The position numbers and the translations under genes were made by a program. From positions 1 to 62,704 of the forward strand of contig JBBIRF010000012.1 in the NCBI GenBank assembly GCA_037441905.1: DNA of 62,704 nucleotides, read 5' to 3'. This DNA is from Candidatus Aminicenantes bacterium (GTDB lineage: Bacteria; Acidobacteriota; Aminicenantia; Aminicenantales; CALLJL01). Shown piece after piece: positions 37,109 to 47,784 of the stretch. Numbering within the stretch: position 1 is the first letter of the stretch; each line of letters opens with the position of its first letter. The notes below the pieces were generated by a model. That model ran no database searches. It saw only the letters and a program-made list of their open reading frames with translations, and had not been told where the DNA came from.

Positions 37109-38046
37109 GGTGCCTGGTCACCGGTGTCGCCGGTTTCATCGGTTCTCACCTGGCCGAAAGACTCCTCGAAGAAGGTTTCGACGTCCGCGGGATTGACTGC
37201 TTCACTGATTTTTACCCCCGCTGGATAAAGCAAAAAAACCTCGAGCGGCTTCGCGGTCATAAGAATTTTCAAATGGTGGAGGCGGACCTGGCAGCTATCG
37301 ACCTTCGTTCGCTTCTCGACGGGGTAAAAATAATTTTTCATCTGGCCGCCCAGGCCGGGGTCCGCACTTCCTGGGGCAAAAATTTTGCTGAATATGTCAA
37401 GAATAACATTCAAGTAACCCAGCTAATGCTCGAGACGGTTCGGGACCATCCGCTGGAAAAATTTATTTTTGCCTCTTCCTCCTCTGTCTACGGGCTTTCG
37501 CCCGTCTTCCCGATGGTTGAATCCAGCCCGGTTCAGCCTGTTTCCCCTTACGGCGTTACCAAATTGGCCGCCGAACAGCTGTGCCTCCTTTATCACAGAA
37601 ATTATGGCGTGCCGGCGGTCTCCCTCCGCTTTTTCACTGTCTACGGACCGAGGCAGAGACCGGACATGGCCTTTCATAAATTTTTCCTCTCCCTGCTGAA
37701 GGACGAAGAGGTCCATATTTACGGCGACGGCCGGCAGACCCGTGATTTTACTTTTATTGGTGATATCATCGAGGCTAATTTATTAGCCCTGAAACGAGGC
37801 CGGTCGGGCGAAGTTTATAATATAGGTGGAGGCCATCAAAAAGAATTGCATGAGGTGGTCCCGCTGATGGAAGAAATCACCGGGAAGAAAGCCAAGATTT
37901 GCTGGCAGGAGGCCCAAAAAGGGGATGTGCTCCATACCCTGGCAGGGGTGGAAAAAGCCAGGAAAGAACTGGGTTACGAGCCACAGGCCAAGCTCGAAGA
38001 AGGCCTGCGCCAAGAGTGGGAATGGATCAGGAGAATTTACCATTAG
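37105..38046 (+). CDS. NAD-dependent nucleotide-sugar epimerase/dehydratase (UDP-glucuronate 4-epimerase-like)
   Basis: TGVAGFIGS, HLAAQAGVR, ASSSSVYG, YGVTK, YGPRQRPDMA. Confidence 0.9.
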   Translation: MRCLVTGVAGFIGSHLAERLLEEGFDVRGIDCFTDFYPRWIKQKNLERLRGHKNFQMVEADLAAIDLRSLLDGVKIIFHLAAQAGVRTSWGKNFAEYVKNNIQVTQLMLETVRDHPLEKFIFASSSSVYGLSPVFPMVESSPVQPVSPYGVTKLAAEQLCLLYHRNYGVPAVSLRFFTVYGPRQRPDMAFHKFFLSLLKDEEVHIYGDGRQTRDFTFIGDIIEANLLALKRGRSGEVYNIGGGHQKELHEVVPLMEEITGKKAKICWQEAQKGDVLHTLAGVEKARKELGYEPQAKLEEGLRQEWEWIRRIYH

Positions 38047-38069
38047 GATGCGAGGAGCGAGTTAAGAAA

Positions 38070-38921
38070 ATGAGATTTCTGCGCTACAAATCCCCGGGCA
38101 AAAACAAAGTCAAAATCGGTGTTCTTTTGCTTCTGGGGGCTCTCTTATTGACCAGTTGCGGGAAAAAAACTGCCGAAATTTCTCCCGAGGTCGCTTCATC
38201 CGACGAGGCTTTGTTTAAGTTAGGTCAACAATACCTGAAAAAAGACCCGGAAAAAGCCCGCTTGTACTTCCGGCAGGTCATCGATTCCTTTCCTAAAAGC
38301 TTTTATGCCCAAAGGGCTAAACTGGCGATTGCTGATTCTTATTTCGCCAAAGGTGATGAAGGCAGCATGATTCTGGCCGCGGCTGAATACCGGGAGTTCA
38401 TCTCCCTCTACCCTTACAGCCCTTCAGCTTCTTACGCTCAATACCGGATAGCCATGACTTACTTTCTGAAGGCTCTCAAACCCGGCCGGGACCAGACCAA
38501 AACCTGGCAGGCTCTGGCGGAATTCAAGAAAGTGGTGGCTCTTTACCCCGAGAGTGAGGAAGCCAAGGAAGCCCAGGCGCGGATTAAGGAATGCGAAGAA
38601 AGATTGGCCGAGCACAATTTTGGCATCGCTTATTTTTACTATAAGGTTTATGCCTTCAAAGCTTCGACCACCCGGTTTCTGGAAATCCTGAGCACGTTTC
38701 CCAACTATTCCAAGATGGATAGGGTTTACTTTTATCTGGCTGATTCCTACTATAAGTGGGGAAAAAGCGAGGAGAGTGTTCCTTATTTCACGAAGGTGGT
38801 GAGCGATTATCCCCGGAGCCCTTTGGCCAAAAAAGCTCAGGAGCGCCTGCGGGCCATCGACCAGGCCAATGACCGCAAGAAATCTTCAGGAGGGAAGGAT
38901 GAAAAAAAACTTAGCTTTTAG
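38070..38921 (+). CDS. bamD: Outer membrane assembly lipoprotein BamD
   Basis: LTSC lipobox, TPRs, YREFISLYP, RDQTKT, LAEHNFGIAYFY; start re-set to ATG 38070. Confidence 0.88.
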   Translation: MRFLRYKSPGKNKVKIGVLLLLGALLLTSCGKKTAEISPEVASSDEALFKLGQQYLKKDPEKARLYFRQVIDSFPKSFYAQRAKLAIADSYFAKGDEGSMILAAAEYREFISLYPYSPSASYAQYRIAMTYFLKALKPGRDQTKTWQALAEFKKVVALYPESEEAKEAQARIKECEERLAEHNFGIAYFYYKVYAFKASTTRFLEILSTFPNYSKMDRVYFYLADSYYKWGKSEESVPYFTKVVSDYPRSPLAKKAQERLRAIDQANDRKKSSGGKDEKKLSF

Positions 38922-39672
38922 CCTCGGAATAGTTTTCTTGTTGATAGCGTTCGCCTCTCTATCCGCCCAGACTCCAAGGGAGACCGAGCCGTTTCGTCTT
39001 AATTTCCGTCTGGGGCTCGAGGGTGAAATGTTTAAACGGGACCTCACTTACGGCGAAGATGAATCTGTCTCGCCGCTTAATTCCTATTTCAGTACTCTCC
39101 GCCTGGAATTGGAATCAGGCGGTTATGTTATCTCCCTTTTTGGCGGTTTTGCTTCCTCTAATTTTAATACCCTTGTGTTCCGCGGTTTACCTTTTTCCAT
39201 CGAATTCGAAGGCGGCGGGCTGAGCGGGGTTGTGTTCGGAGCCGAGCTCAGTAAAGTATTTCTGTTTAACTCTTTCGGCGTGGGAGGCCAGGTAAGAGTT
39301 ATTTCTTACTCCGGAAACGAGAAAAAGTGGGCAATTCCCGAGCTGGCGGTCGAGGGAGAGCTAAAAAGTAAACCAAGCTGGCAGCAGTTTTCAATTGGTC
39401 CTGTCCTCGTTTACAATAAGTACGAAAATTTTATCCCGTTTGCCGCCATTCAATACAACCGTCTTTCGGGTGAATTTAGCCTGAGGGAGCTCGTCGAAAA
39501 CCTGACGGGAGAAGAAAAGAAAGAAGTTAAAGGCAGGGGCGCTGTGTCTTTTTCCTTAGGGGCGAACTTCCTCTTCACCTCCCGGTTCGGCCTCCGAGGG
39601 GAAGCCTCTATTTTACCCCACAAAGGGGCCACTGATTGGAGCCTTAACGTCCGGGCCCTTTTCTCTTTTTAA
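38899..39672 (+). CDS. Hypothetical outer-membrane beta-barrel protein
   Basis: MKKN signal peptide after an AGGAGG RBS, beta-strand pattern, C-terminal VRALFSF. Confidence 0.7.
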   Translation: MKKNLAFSLGIVFLLIAFASLSAQTPRETEPFRLNFRLGLEGEMFKRDLTYGEDESVSPLNSYFSTLRLELESGGYVISLFGGFASSNFNTLVFRGLPFSIEFEGGGLSGVVFGAELSKVFLFNSFGVGGQVRVISYSGNEKKWAIPELAVEGELKSKPSWQQFSIGPVLVYNKYENFIPFAAIQYNRLSGEFSLRELVENLTGEEKKEVKGRGAVSFSLGANFLFTSRFGLRGEASILPHKGATDWSLNVRALFSF

Positions 39673-39683
39673 GGAGGAAAAAA

Positions 39684-41051
39684 ATGAAATTGCGGACATA
39701 CATCTTGCTGGTCTGCATCAGTATTTTCAGCCTTATCGCCTTCGGGTTCGATGGGCCAAAAGCTCAGCAAAGGGAAAGACCCAACCCGAGACAGGGGCAG
39801 GTAATTCTTAGCGACTTGCCCGAGCTTAACGCCGGTCTGCCCTTCCGGCTCGAAACCCCGCGCTATAAAGAAGGAGAGGTCTTAGTCAAGTTCAAACCCG
39901 AAGTGACCGAGGCTAAGGTCAACACTCTAATGGCCATTTACGGCACAAGGTCGCTGAAAAAAATTCCTCGCATCGACGTCCATGAAATTGAAGTCCCCAG
40001 GGGACTGAGTGTTAGAGAAATGGTGGCGCTGCTGGCTCGAAACCCTGATGTCGAGTTTGTGGAACCAAACGGTGTCGTCCGGATTTGCGTCACCCCTAAT
40101 GATACCTATTTCAAATATCAGTACGCTCTCTACAACTCGGGCCAGGAGATCGGCATCCCGGGAAGCCCCCGGGGCAAGCAGCGGGCGGATATTCACGCCT
40201 CCGAGGCCTGGGAGGAAACCAGGGGAACAGAGGAGGTGGTCATCGCTGTCGTTGATAGCGGCATCGACCTTCTCCATCCTGATATTAAGGATAAGCTTAA
40301 ATCATCAGGCCGCGACATCGTGAACAACGATTTCGACGCGACTGACGACCTCGGCCACGGCACCCATGTAGCCGGGATTGCCGCCGCGGCTACCGACAAT
40401 AACGAAGGCATTGCCGGAGTTGCCTGGAACTGCCAAGTCTTGCCAGTCAAAGTTATTGATAAGGAGGGCTCCGGACTGTACAGCTGGGTCGCGGAGGCAA
40501 TCGTCTGGGCCGCGGATAACCAGGCAGCTGTTATCAATCTGAGCATCGGAGGCGACGAACCATCTGAAACTCTGAAAGAAGCCCTGCGTTATGCTTATCA
40601 AAAAGGCGTGGTCATTGTTGCCGCCACAGGGAACGATAGCGGTCCAGTCCTTTACCCCGCAGCTTATGATGACTATTGCCTTGCCGTAGCCGCCACTGAT
40701 TACAACGACACCAGGCCTGAATGGTCTAATTATGGGTCGGAAGTCGACGTAGCCGCGCCTGGAGTCAGAATCGTGAGCTTAGTGCCCCGCTGGTATTTCG
40801 GCCCTGATTCCTTTCCGTATGGTTACGGCACCGGGACATCCATGGCCGCGCCCCATGTGGCTGGGTTGGCCGCCCTGCTCAAAAGCCACAAGCCATGGCT
40901 TAAAGCAAGAGAAATAATGGATATCATTCGTTATTCTTCTGATGATATTAACGCCACTCAGTATCCCGGTCGGGACAATTATCTGGGATATGGTCGGGTG
41001 AATATGGAAAAAGCCCTCGTCCCGATTAAGATCAAAAAACCGAAGGGATGA
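39684..41051 (+). CDS. Secreted S8 subtilase (thermitase-like) with propeptide
   Basis: Catalytic triad VVDSG, GHGTHVAG, GTSMAAPHVAG. Confidence 0.95.
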   Translation: MKLRTYILLVCISIFSLIAFGFDGPKAQQRERPNPRQGQVILSDLPELNAGLPFRLETPRYKEGEVLVKFKPEVTEAKVNTLMAIYGTRSLKKIPRIDVHEIEVPRGLSVREMVALLARNPDVEFVEPNGVVRICVTPNDTYFKYQYALYNSGQEIGIPGSPRGKQRADIHASEAWEETRGTEEVVIAVVDSGIDLLHPDIKDKLKSSGRDIVNNDFDATDDLGHGTHVAGIAAAATDNNEGIAGVAWNCQVLPVKVIDKEGSGLYSWVAEAIVWAADNQAAVINLSIGGDEPSETLKEALRYAYQKGVVIVAATGNDSGPVLYPAAYDDYCLAVAATDYNDTRPEWSNYGSEVDVAAPGVRIVSLVPRWYFGPDSFPYGYGTGTSMAAPHVAGLAALLKSHKPWLKAREIMDIIRYSSDDINATQYPGRDNYLGYGRVNMEKALVPIKIKKPKG

Positions 41052-42769
41052 TTGTTTCGCTCCACATCCGCAATTTAGCCACGATTGAAGACCTGGAAAT
41101 TCAGTTTGACCCCGGGTTTAACATCCTGACCGGCGAAACCGGCGCGGGGAAATCAATCATAATCGACGCCATCAAACTCCTCCTGGGAGAAAGAGCCTCA
41201 CCGGAAATTATTCGCACCGGAAAAAAAGAGGCTACGGTGGAGGCTGTGTTTCAGGTAAAAGACCTGGCCCCTGCCTCCCCTTTTTTTCCCTATCTTGAAG
41301 ACGGCGAAATTTTTCTCCAGCGGTTGATTTCGGTCGAAGGTGCCAGCCGGGCTTATATCAACGGCATCCTGGTGCCGGCGAGGCGACTCAGAGATATCGC
41401 CGAAGGGCTGGTCGATATCTACGGCCAGAACGACCATATTTTCCTCCTCCACCTCGAAAATCAGCTGAATTACCTCGACGCTTATATCGAGGCCGGCCCC
41501 TGGCGTCAGGAATTGGCCAGTCTCGCGCGACGGCTGCGGGAATTGCTCGCAGAAAAAAAGACGATTGAAGAGAGGCGGCGGGAAAGAGAAAGAAGGCTCG
41601 ATTTTCTCTCTTACCAGATTGAAGAACTAAGGCGGGCTAACCTCAGGCCGGGCGAGTTAGAAGAATTGCTCAACGAACGCCATCTTCTCAAGAATGCGGA
41701 AAAAATAACCCTCCTTTCAGAAAAAGCCCTCGAAATAGCCTACGCTGGGGAAAATGCTCTCCTCTCGCTCTTATCTCGTTTTACTTCTTACCTGGCCGAG
41801 CTCGGCAAGTTCGACCCTTCGTTCGAGGAGCTCAACAAGAACCTCGAGCCGCTCGGCATCCTCCTGCGCGAAGCCGTTGATTCTTTGGTTCGCTTTCGCG
41901 AGTCCCAGGAGGCAGCCCCTGAAAGACTCGAAAAGGTCGAAGAAAGGCTGAGTCAAATAGAAAAGCTCCGCCGGAAATACGGCGGAGAAATCAAGGATAT
42001 TATCGATTATTTACAAAAAATAGAAAAAGAAAGGGAGAGTTTGCTCGGCTGCGAGGAAAGACTCTCTGACCTGAATCAGGAAATCGAGCAAACTTTCGCC
42101 GCTTACGAAAATAAAGCTCGGCGGCTCTCTGAACGAAGGCAGGAAGGGGCACGGCAACTCGAACGACAGCTGGAAGAAGAAATCGCCCAGTTAGGAATGA
42201 AACAGGCTCGTTTTCAAGTAAAAGTGGACCCGCACCCCTTTTCCCTGGGCGAGAGCGAGTTAATCAAAGAGACTGGGTGGGATGAAGTCGAATTCTTGAT
42301 AAGTCCTAACCCGGGAGAAGAGCTGAGGCCCTTACGCCGGGTGGCTTCTGGTGGTGAACTCTCCAGGATAATGTTGGCTTTAAAAGCCATAGGCAAGGAG
42401 GCTACAGCCGGCAAGACGCTGATTTTTGATGAAATCGATTCGGGAATAGGTGGCAAGACGGCTGATTTCATCGCCCAAAAACTCCGCTCACTCGCCAGGC
42501 GGCATCAAGTCCTCTGCATCACTCACCTCCCCCAGATCGCCTCATCGGCCAGCCATCATTGGCGGGTGGACAAACGAATCGAGGGTGAGCGCACCTTTAC
42601 CCTGGTGAAGAAACTCGGGTTTGAAGAGAGAGTCAGGGAAATTTCGCGGTTGCTTTCCGGTAGCCGGATTACGGCCATCAGCCTCCAAAACGCCCGCGAA
42701 ATGCTCCGTCATAACCTCGGGCTCCAGGAAGAAACAGGGAAAAATGAGAAGAAAAAGAATAATTCCTAA
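41048..42769 (+). CDS. recN: DNA repair protein RecN
   Basis: LTGETGAGKS, coiled coil, ASGGELSR, IFDEID, ITHLPQIA. Confidence 0.97.
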   Translation: MIVSLHIRNLATIEDLEIQFDPGFNILTGETGAGKSIIIDAIKLLLGERASPEIIRTGKKEATVEAVFQVKDLAPASPFFPYLEDGEIFLQRLISVEGASRAYINGILVPARRLRDIAEGLVDIYGQNDHIFLLHLENQLNYLDAYIEAGPWRQELASLARRLRELLAEKKTIEERRRERERRLDFLSYQIEELRRANLRPGELEELLNERHLLKNAEKITLLSEKALEIAYAGENALLSLLSRFTSYLAELGKFDPSFEELNKNLEPLGILLREAVDSLVRFRESQEAAPERLEKVEERLSQIEKLRRKYGGEIKDIIDYLQKIEKERESLLGCEERLSDLNQEIEQTFAAYENKARRLSERRQEGARQLERQLEEEIAQLGMKQARFQVKVDPHPFSLGESELIKETGWDEVEFLISPNPGEELRPLRRVASGGELSRIMLALKAIGKEATAGKTLIFDEIDSGIGGKTADFIAQKLRSLARRHQVLCITHLPQIASSASHHWRVDKRIEGERTFTLVKKLGFEERVREISRLLSGSRITAISLQNAREMLRHNLGLQEETGKNEKKKNNS

Positions 42770-42895
42770 AAAGCCGGCGGCAATGGCTGGGTTTGTTCTC
42801 TTAAAACAATGATTTCTGGAAAGCGAACACTTCTCTCGCCAAAAGAAGCGCTTGTCAGAATACTGGCGTTGGTAAGTAACTAAAGAGAGGTACTG

Positions 42896-43330
42896 ATGAA
42901 TCGTCAGGAAAAAGCCGCAAAACAATTCGCATCCGGGTTTAATTGTGCCCAGTCAGTCCTTTTAGCGTTTGCCTCAGAATTAGGGCTTCCGGAGGAACTG
43001 GCCTCTAAGTTGGCCCAGGCCTTTGGCGGCGGTATGGCCCGCACGGGCGAAATCTGCGGCGCGGTTACCGGAGGGTTGCTCGTCCTCGGGCTTAAGTACG
43101 GAAAGGTAAAACCTGAGGACGAGGCCGCCAGAGAAAAGACCTACAGCCTCGCCCGGGAATTTTTCCGGAGCTTTCGGGCCCGACACGGCTCTCTCCTCTG
43201 CCGGGAGCTTCTCGGAGTTGACCTTAGCCAGGAAGGAGGTTACGAGCGAGCTTCAGCTGAGAAATTATTCCATAATGTCTGTCCGAGCCTGATCAGGTCC
43301 TCAATCAGAATCCTGGAAGAGTTGATTTAG
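42896..43330 (+). CDS. C_GCAxxG_C_C family putative redox protein
   Basis: NCAQSV, FGGGM, ICGAVTGG, CREL, terminal C. Confidence 0.9.
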   Translation: MNRQEKAAKQFASGFNCAQSVLLAFASELGLPEELASKLAQAFGGGMARTGEICGAVTGGLLVLGLKYGKVKPEDEAAREKTYSLAREFFRSFRARHGSLLCRELLGVDLSQEGGYERASAEKLFHNVCPSLIRSSIRILEELI

Positions 43331-43646
43331 TTCTTGCCCTCAAAAACCCCGCGGTTGAGCGTTTTTCGCCACCAAACCTGAGATCTGCTGAATCAATCAA
43401 TCAGAGTTTTTGCTCTTACGCATCTTGAGCTTCCTTGCCTTATCCTACAAAAATTTATTTTATGAATTATTTTTTGGCCCTATTTTTTCTGCCCAGGCTC
43501 GCGGGTTTTTAGCTCCTGCGCCAAATGAAACGGCGGTAAAAATTGGCTGCTTCGGCAGCTCGTTAGCTCCTCGGCTCGCCTCCGCGCATCAGGGCTGGTA
43601 TAATAAAAAGACGAGGAGCTCTAAATAAATCTGAAAACTTACGGCG

Positions 43647-44999
43647 ATGCCTCAAAGTAAAGAAACCTTACGCCCGGAACAGAATCACCTTGACAGTCCG
43701 GTTGGCCGCTTTTTCATCCATACTTTCGGCTGCCAAATGAACGAAAGCGATTCTGAGCATATCGCTGGCCTCCTCAAAAGCCACGGGTGGGAAAAAGTTG
43801 ATTCCCCGGAGAAAAGCGACCTCATCCTGGTTAACACCTGCGCTGTAAGAGAAAAATCGGTCGAAAAATTATTCTCGTTTCTCGGCCGGTTGAAAGAACT
43901 CAAGCGGAAAACTGGAGTCAAGATTGCTGTAGTCGGCTGTGTCGCCCAGATCGAAGGCGAGGAGCTTTTTAACCATCAATCTCTTATTGACTTCGTGCTT
44001 GGACCGGATAACTACCCCGAGCTCATCTCGTTATTAAACAGGCCCGAAAAAATAAGTCTAACCAGTAGGTCGACCGAATGGCGCGAACATCCCTCGCCGC
44101 TCATCCTGCGGGAAAGCAAAGTGAGTGCCTACGTTCCGGTAATGGAAGGTTGTAATAATTTCTGTTCCTACTGTGTAGTCCCCTTTGCTCGGGGCAGGGA
44201 AAAATACCGGCCGGCAGCATCGATTCTGAAGGAGGTTGAATCCCTGGCCGGACTGGGCTATCTGGAAATCCAGCTTCTCGGTCAGAGTATCAACAGCTAC
44301 CGCGACCCGGAAACAGGGATTTCTCTGGCTGAGCTGCTCCGCTTGGTCAGCCGGATAAGAAACATCCGCTGGGTTCGTTTCATTACCTCTCATCCGAAAA
44401 ATCTTGACGCGGGGATTGCCAGGGTTATGGGCGAGGAGCCCAAAATCTGTGGGCAGCTCCATCTTCCCGTGCAATCTGGCTCAACCTCTGTCCTCCGAAG
44501 GATGAAAAGGGGTTATACCCGGGAGGAATACCTGGAAAAGGTAGCCATGCTCCGGGAACTTGTCCCGGGAATCAGCCTGTCCACAGATATTATCGTCGGG
44601 TTTCCGGGAGAAACCGAGAAAGAATTCGAAGAAACGCTAAGCCTCCTGGAGGCTGTCCGTTTTGCCAACATTTTCTCCTTCCGTTATTCGCCCCGGCCAT
44701 ACACAGCCGCCTCCCGGCTGCCAGATGATGTGCCGTTTGAAGTCAAGCGTCGTCGTTTAATCGAAGTCCAATCCTTGCAGAAAAAAATTCAGCTGGAAAT
44801 CAACGCCGGGCTGGTTGGCCAAGAAATGGACGTGCTTTGCTCTGGCCGGAGTGCCAGGACTCCGGAGCTTTACACAGGCCGGAACGAAGCTTACCAGGTA
44901 GTTAATTTTACTTCTAACCAGGAAGCCACCAACAAATTCGTCCGCGTCCGGATTACATCTTATGGCCCATACAGCCTTCGCGGGCAAGCCCTGGAATAG
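43647..44999 (+). CDS. miaB: tRNA-2-methylthio-N6-dimethylallyladenosine synthase
   Basis: TFGCQMNESDSE, NTCAVRE, GCNNFCSYC, TDIIVGFPGET, TRAM tail. Confidence 0.95.
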   Translation: MPQSKETLRPEQNHLDSPVGRFFIHTFGCQMNESDSEHIAGLLKSHGWEKVDSPEKSDLILVNTCAVREKSVEKLFSFLGRLKELKRKTGVKIAVVGCVAQIEGEELFNHQSLIDFVLGPDNYPELISLLNRPEKISLTSRSTEWREHPSPLILRESKVSAYVPVMEGCNNFCSYCVVPFARGREKYRPAASILKEVESLAGLGYLEIQLLGQSINSYRDPETGISLAELLRLVSRIRNIRWVRFITSHPKNLDAGIARVMGEEPKICGQLHLPVQSGSTSVLRRMKRGYTREEYLEKVAMLRELVPGISLSTDIIVGFPGETEKEFEETLSLLEAVRFANIFSFRYSPRPYTAASRLPDDVPFEVKRRRLIEVQSLQKKIQLEINAGLVGQEMDVLCSGRSARTPELYTGRNEAYQVVNFTSNQEATNKFVRVRITSYGPYSLRGQALE

Positions 45000-45192
45000 C
45001 AATCTCTCGGGCCGCTGGAGGGAGAAATTTTTAAGATATGGGCTTCCGCTAACCATCCTCTTCCGCTAAATTGAATTTTATGAATGGATATGCTATAAAT
45101 GCCCACTATTTTTTATGCGGGATTGATGCTTTTTCTCAAGAAGCGGATTATCAGTTTAGCGGCAAATATAGTTTTATGTTAAGGAGAGAATA

Positions 45193-47502
45193 ATGTTAGC
45201 ACCGACAACCTTCGAAACTGTCGCCCTGTGGACCATTCTTTTTATCGCCCTTCTCGGTCTAGGTTATGCCCTTTTCTTGCGCCGCCAGATCATGACCGAA
45301 GAGAAGGGAACGCCGCTTATGGTCGAAATCTGGGAAGCGATCCGGCAGGGGGCTGAAGCTTACCTCATCAGGCAGCTAAAAACAATTCTTCCCTTGATTA
45401 TCATCCTCACGGTTGCCCTTTTCTTCAGCGTTTATATCGTCCCGCCTTCTTCTGAAGCTTTGGAACGGTTTCCTGACCTTTCTCCTGACCGGGTAAGGTT
45501 CATTATGGGGCTCGGGAGGGCCGGAGCTTTCATTCTCGGCGCCATGTTTTCCTTACTCGTGGGCCAGCTGGGGATGCGAATGGCCGTCCAGGGGAATGTC
45601 CGCGTGGCGGCAGCTGCCCGAACAAGTTTTGATAAGGCTCTGCGAATTGCTTACCGGGCAGGGACGATAACCGGTATGCTGACCGATGGTCTGGGCCTTC
45701 TCGGCGGAACGGTTATTTTCATGGTCTTTCAGAAAGCGGCCCCCGACGCTCTTCTGGGGTTCGGGTTTGGCGGCACTCTCCTGGCGCTGTTCATGAGGGT
45801 TGGCGGTGGCATTTATACTAAGGCGGCTGATGTCGGCGCCGACCTTGTCGGCAAGGTCGAGGCTGGTATCCCTGAAGACGACCCACGCAACGCCGCAGTT
45901 GTGGCTGACCTTGTCGGCGATAATGTCGGCGATTGCGCCGGAATGGCCGCGGATATCTTCGAGAGCTACGAGGTTACCATTGTCTCCGGGTTGATCCTCG
46001 GTCTTGCCCTGGTGGCCATCACCGGAGATATCAAGTGGATTATTTTCCCGCTTCTCGTTCGAGCCATCGGCGTCTTCTCATCGATTGTCGGGACCTATCA
46101 AGTCAGAGGAAAGAAAGGCGAGGAAATTGGTAACGCCATGGCGGCTATCAACCGGGGGTTTTACACTTCAGCCATCCTCTGCATCGTCCTTTTCGCCCTG
46201 CTCGCCCTCTTCTACATGCACGAGTGGCGAGCTTTTCTTTCCGTCGGTGTCGGGATCATCCTGGCCATCTCGATCGACGAGTTGACCAAATATTTTACTC
46301 ACACTCATTACGCACCGGTCAAAGAAATCGCCCGCCGCTCCCGGACTGGGGCGGCGACGCTTCTCCTTTCCGGGTTATCCGTGGGGATGGAATCAACTGT
46401 CTGGGCTATCCTGGTTATTGCCGCCACGATTCTCTCCGCCCTTCTTATATACTGGGGTCAACCGGTAGCCTTCGTCCTTTACGGCGTGGCCATGACCGGT
46501 ATCGGGATGCTCACCCTCACCGGTAACAACGTGGCCATGGATTCATTCGGTCCGATTGCCGACAATGCCAATGGCATCGGTGAAATGGCCCGAATGGATA
46601 AGAAAGCCAGACAAATCATGGCTGATTTGGACGCCGTCGGGAATACAACCAAGGCAATTACCAAAGGAGTCGCCATCGGTTCGGCCGTAATCGCGGCCGT
46701 TTCTCTTTTTGGCTCTTATTTAACCGACGTGACCAAGGTGCAAGCCCAGATCGGCACGCCTGAAGCCGAGCAACTGCTGCATACGGGAATAAGGATCAAC
46801 CTTCCCATAGTTCTTATAGGGTTGCTGATCGGCGGGGCCATCCCCTGGCTCTTCTCTTCCCTGACCATTAACGCCGTCAGCCGGGCCGCCTCGCTAATTG
46901 TGATGGAAGTCCGTCGTCAGTTCCGCATCCCGGGCTTGATGGAGGGAAGGGTTAAACCTGATTATGCCCGAGCCGTTTCTATCTGCACGCTGGCCGCTCA
47001 GAAGGAGCTGGTCGGGCTGGCCTTGCTGGCCGTCCTCACCCCGCTTATTGTCGGGCTGACCCTCCAGGTTGAAGCCCTGGGAGGCTTCCTCGCCGGGGCG
47101 ATTCTTTCCGCCCAGCTCTTAGCCGTTTTCATGGCGAATACCGGCGGCGCCTGGGATAACGCCAAGAAAACAATCGAAGACGGGCTCTACGGCGGAAAAG
47201 GCTCAACCTGTCACAAAGCTGCGGTAATTGGCGACACGGTCGGCGACCCGCTTAAAGACACTTCTGGACCAGCTCTCAACCCGATGATTAAGGTTATCAA
47301 CCTGGTCTCGGTATTGGCCGCGCCGATTATCATTCAGTATAAAAAATTCACCCCTTGGCTGGCAGTCGTCGTAGCCGTTTTATTAGCTGTGGCCGTGGCA
47401 GCTATTCTTTACTCCAAGCGACCCGGGTTAAAAGAATTCGAGCAAACGGAAGAAACCTTTTCGGCCAAAGAAGCCGCCTCGACTTCCAATCCGTCGGATT
47501 AG
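45193..47502 (+). CDS. hppA: Membrane-bound proton-translocating pyrophosphatase, K+-independent type
   Basis: [25 protein letters not shown]; GNTTKA (Lys marks the K+-independent subfamily). Confidence 0.95.
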   Translation: MLAPTTFETVALWTILFIALLGLGYALFLRRQIMTEEKGTPLMVEIWEAIRQGAEAYLIRQLKTILPLIIILTVALFFSVYIVPPSSEALERFPDLSPDRVRFIMGLGRAGAFILGAMFSLLVGQLGMRMAVQGNVRVAAAARTSFDKALRIAYRAGTITGMLTDGLGLLGGTVIFMVFQKAAPDALLGFGFGGTLLALFMRVGGGIYTKAADVGADLVGKVEAGIPEDDPRNAAVVADLVGDNVGDCAGMAADIFESYEVTIVSGLILGLALVAITGDIKWIIFPLLVRAIGVFSSIVGTYQVRGKKGEEIGNAMAAINRGFYTSAILCIVLFALLALFYMHEWRAFLSVGVGIILAISIDELTKYFTHTHYAPVKEIARRSRTGAATLLLSGLSVGMESTVWAILVIAATILSALLIYWGQPVAFVLYGVAMTGIGMLTLTGNNVAMDSFGPIADNANGIGEMARMDKKARQIMADLDAVGNTTKAITKGVAIGSAVIAAVSLFGSYLTDVTKVQAQIGTPEAEQLLHTGIRINLPIVLIGLLIGGAIPWLFSSLTINAVSRAASLIVMEVRRQFRIPGLMEGRVKPDYARAVSICTLAAQKELVGLALLAVLTPLIVGLTLQVEALGGFLAGAILSAQLLAVFMANTGGAWDNAKKTIEDGLYGGKGSTCHKAAVIGDTVGDPLKDTSGPALNPMIKVINLVSVLAAPIIIQYKKFTPWLAVVVAVLLAVAVAAILYSKRPGLKEFEQTEETFSAKEAASTSNPSD

Positions 47503-47715
47503 GGTATTCATTTTCTCGAACTATTGGTCAAGAGACTAAAGGATTGTGGTTTTCTTGCCTGAGCCAAAACAGCTTTCCATTTTGAGAAAAAATGCTAAAA
47601 CCATAACTTAATACTAACAAGTTAACGGTTGTCTCCGGGCCGATAGTTGCCCTCCATCCTGAGCCCCTGGGTCCAAAATTAGGATGACATTGCCTTTTTC
47701 GGCTCCGAGCATAGT

Positions 47716-47744
47716 TTGCTATTAGCGATAGTTTGGATTATAAT
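47716..47744 (+). promoter_or_regulatory. Putative sigma70 promoter for the nusA-infB operon
   Basis: TTGCTA-N17-TATAAT. Confidence 0.6.
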
Positions 47745-47784
47745 TGACATTCTTTAAAGACCCGCCGCGAGGTCTGTGCTTTCG

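Noticed and set aside
47630-47712. 6S RNA
   Set aside because: The paired region is much shorter than a 6S RNA and has no recognisable conserved segments
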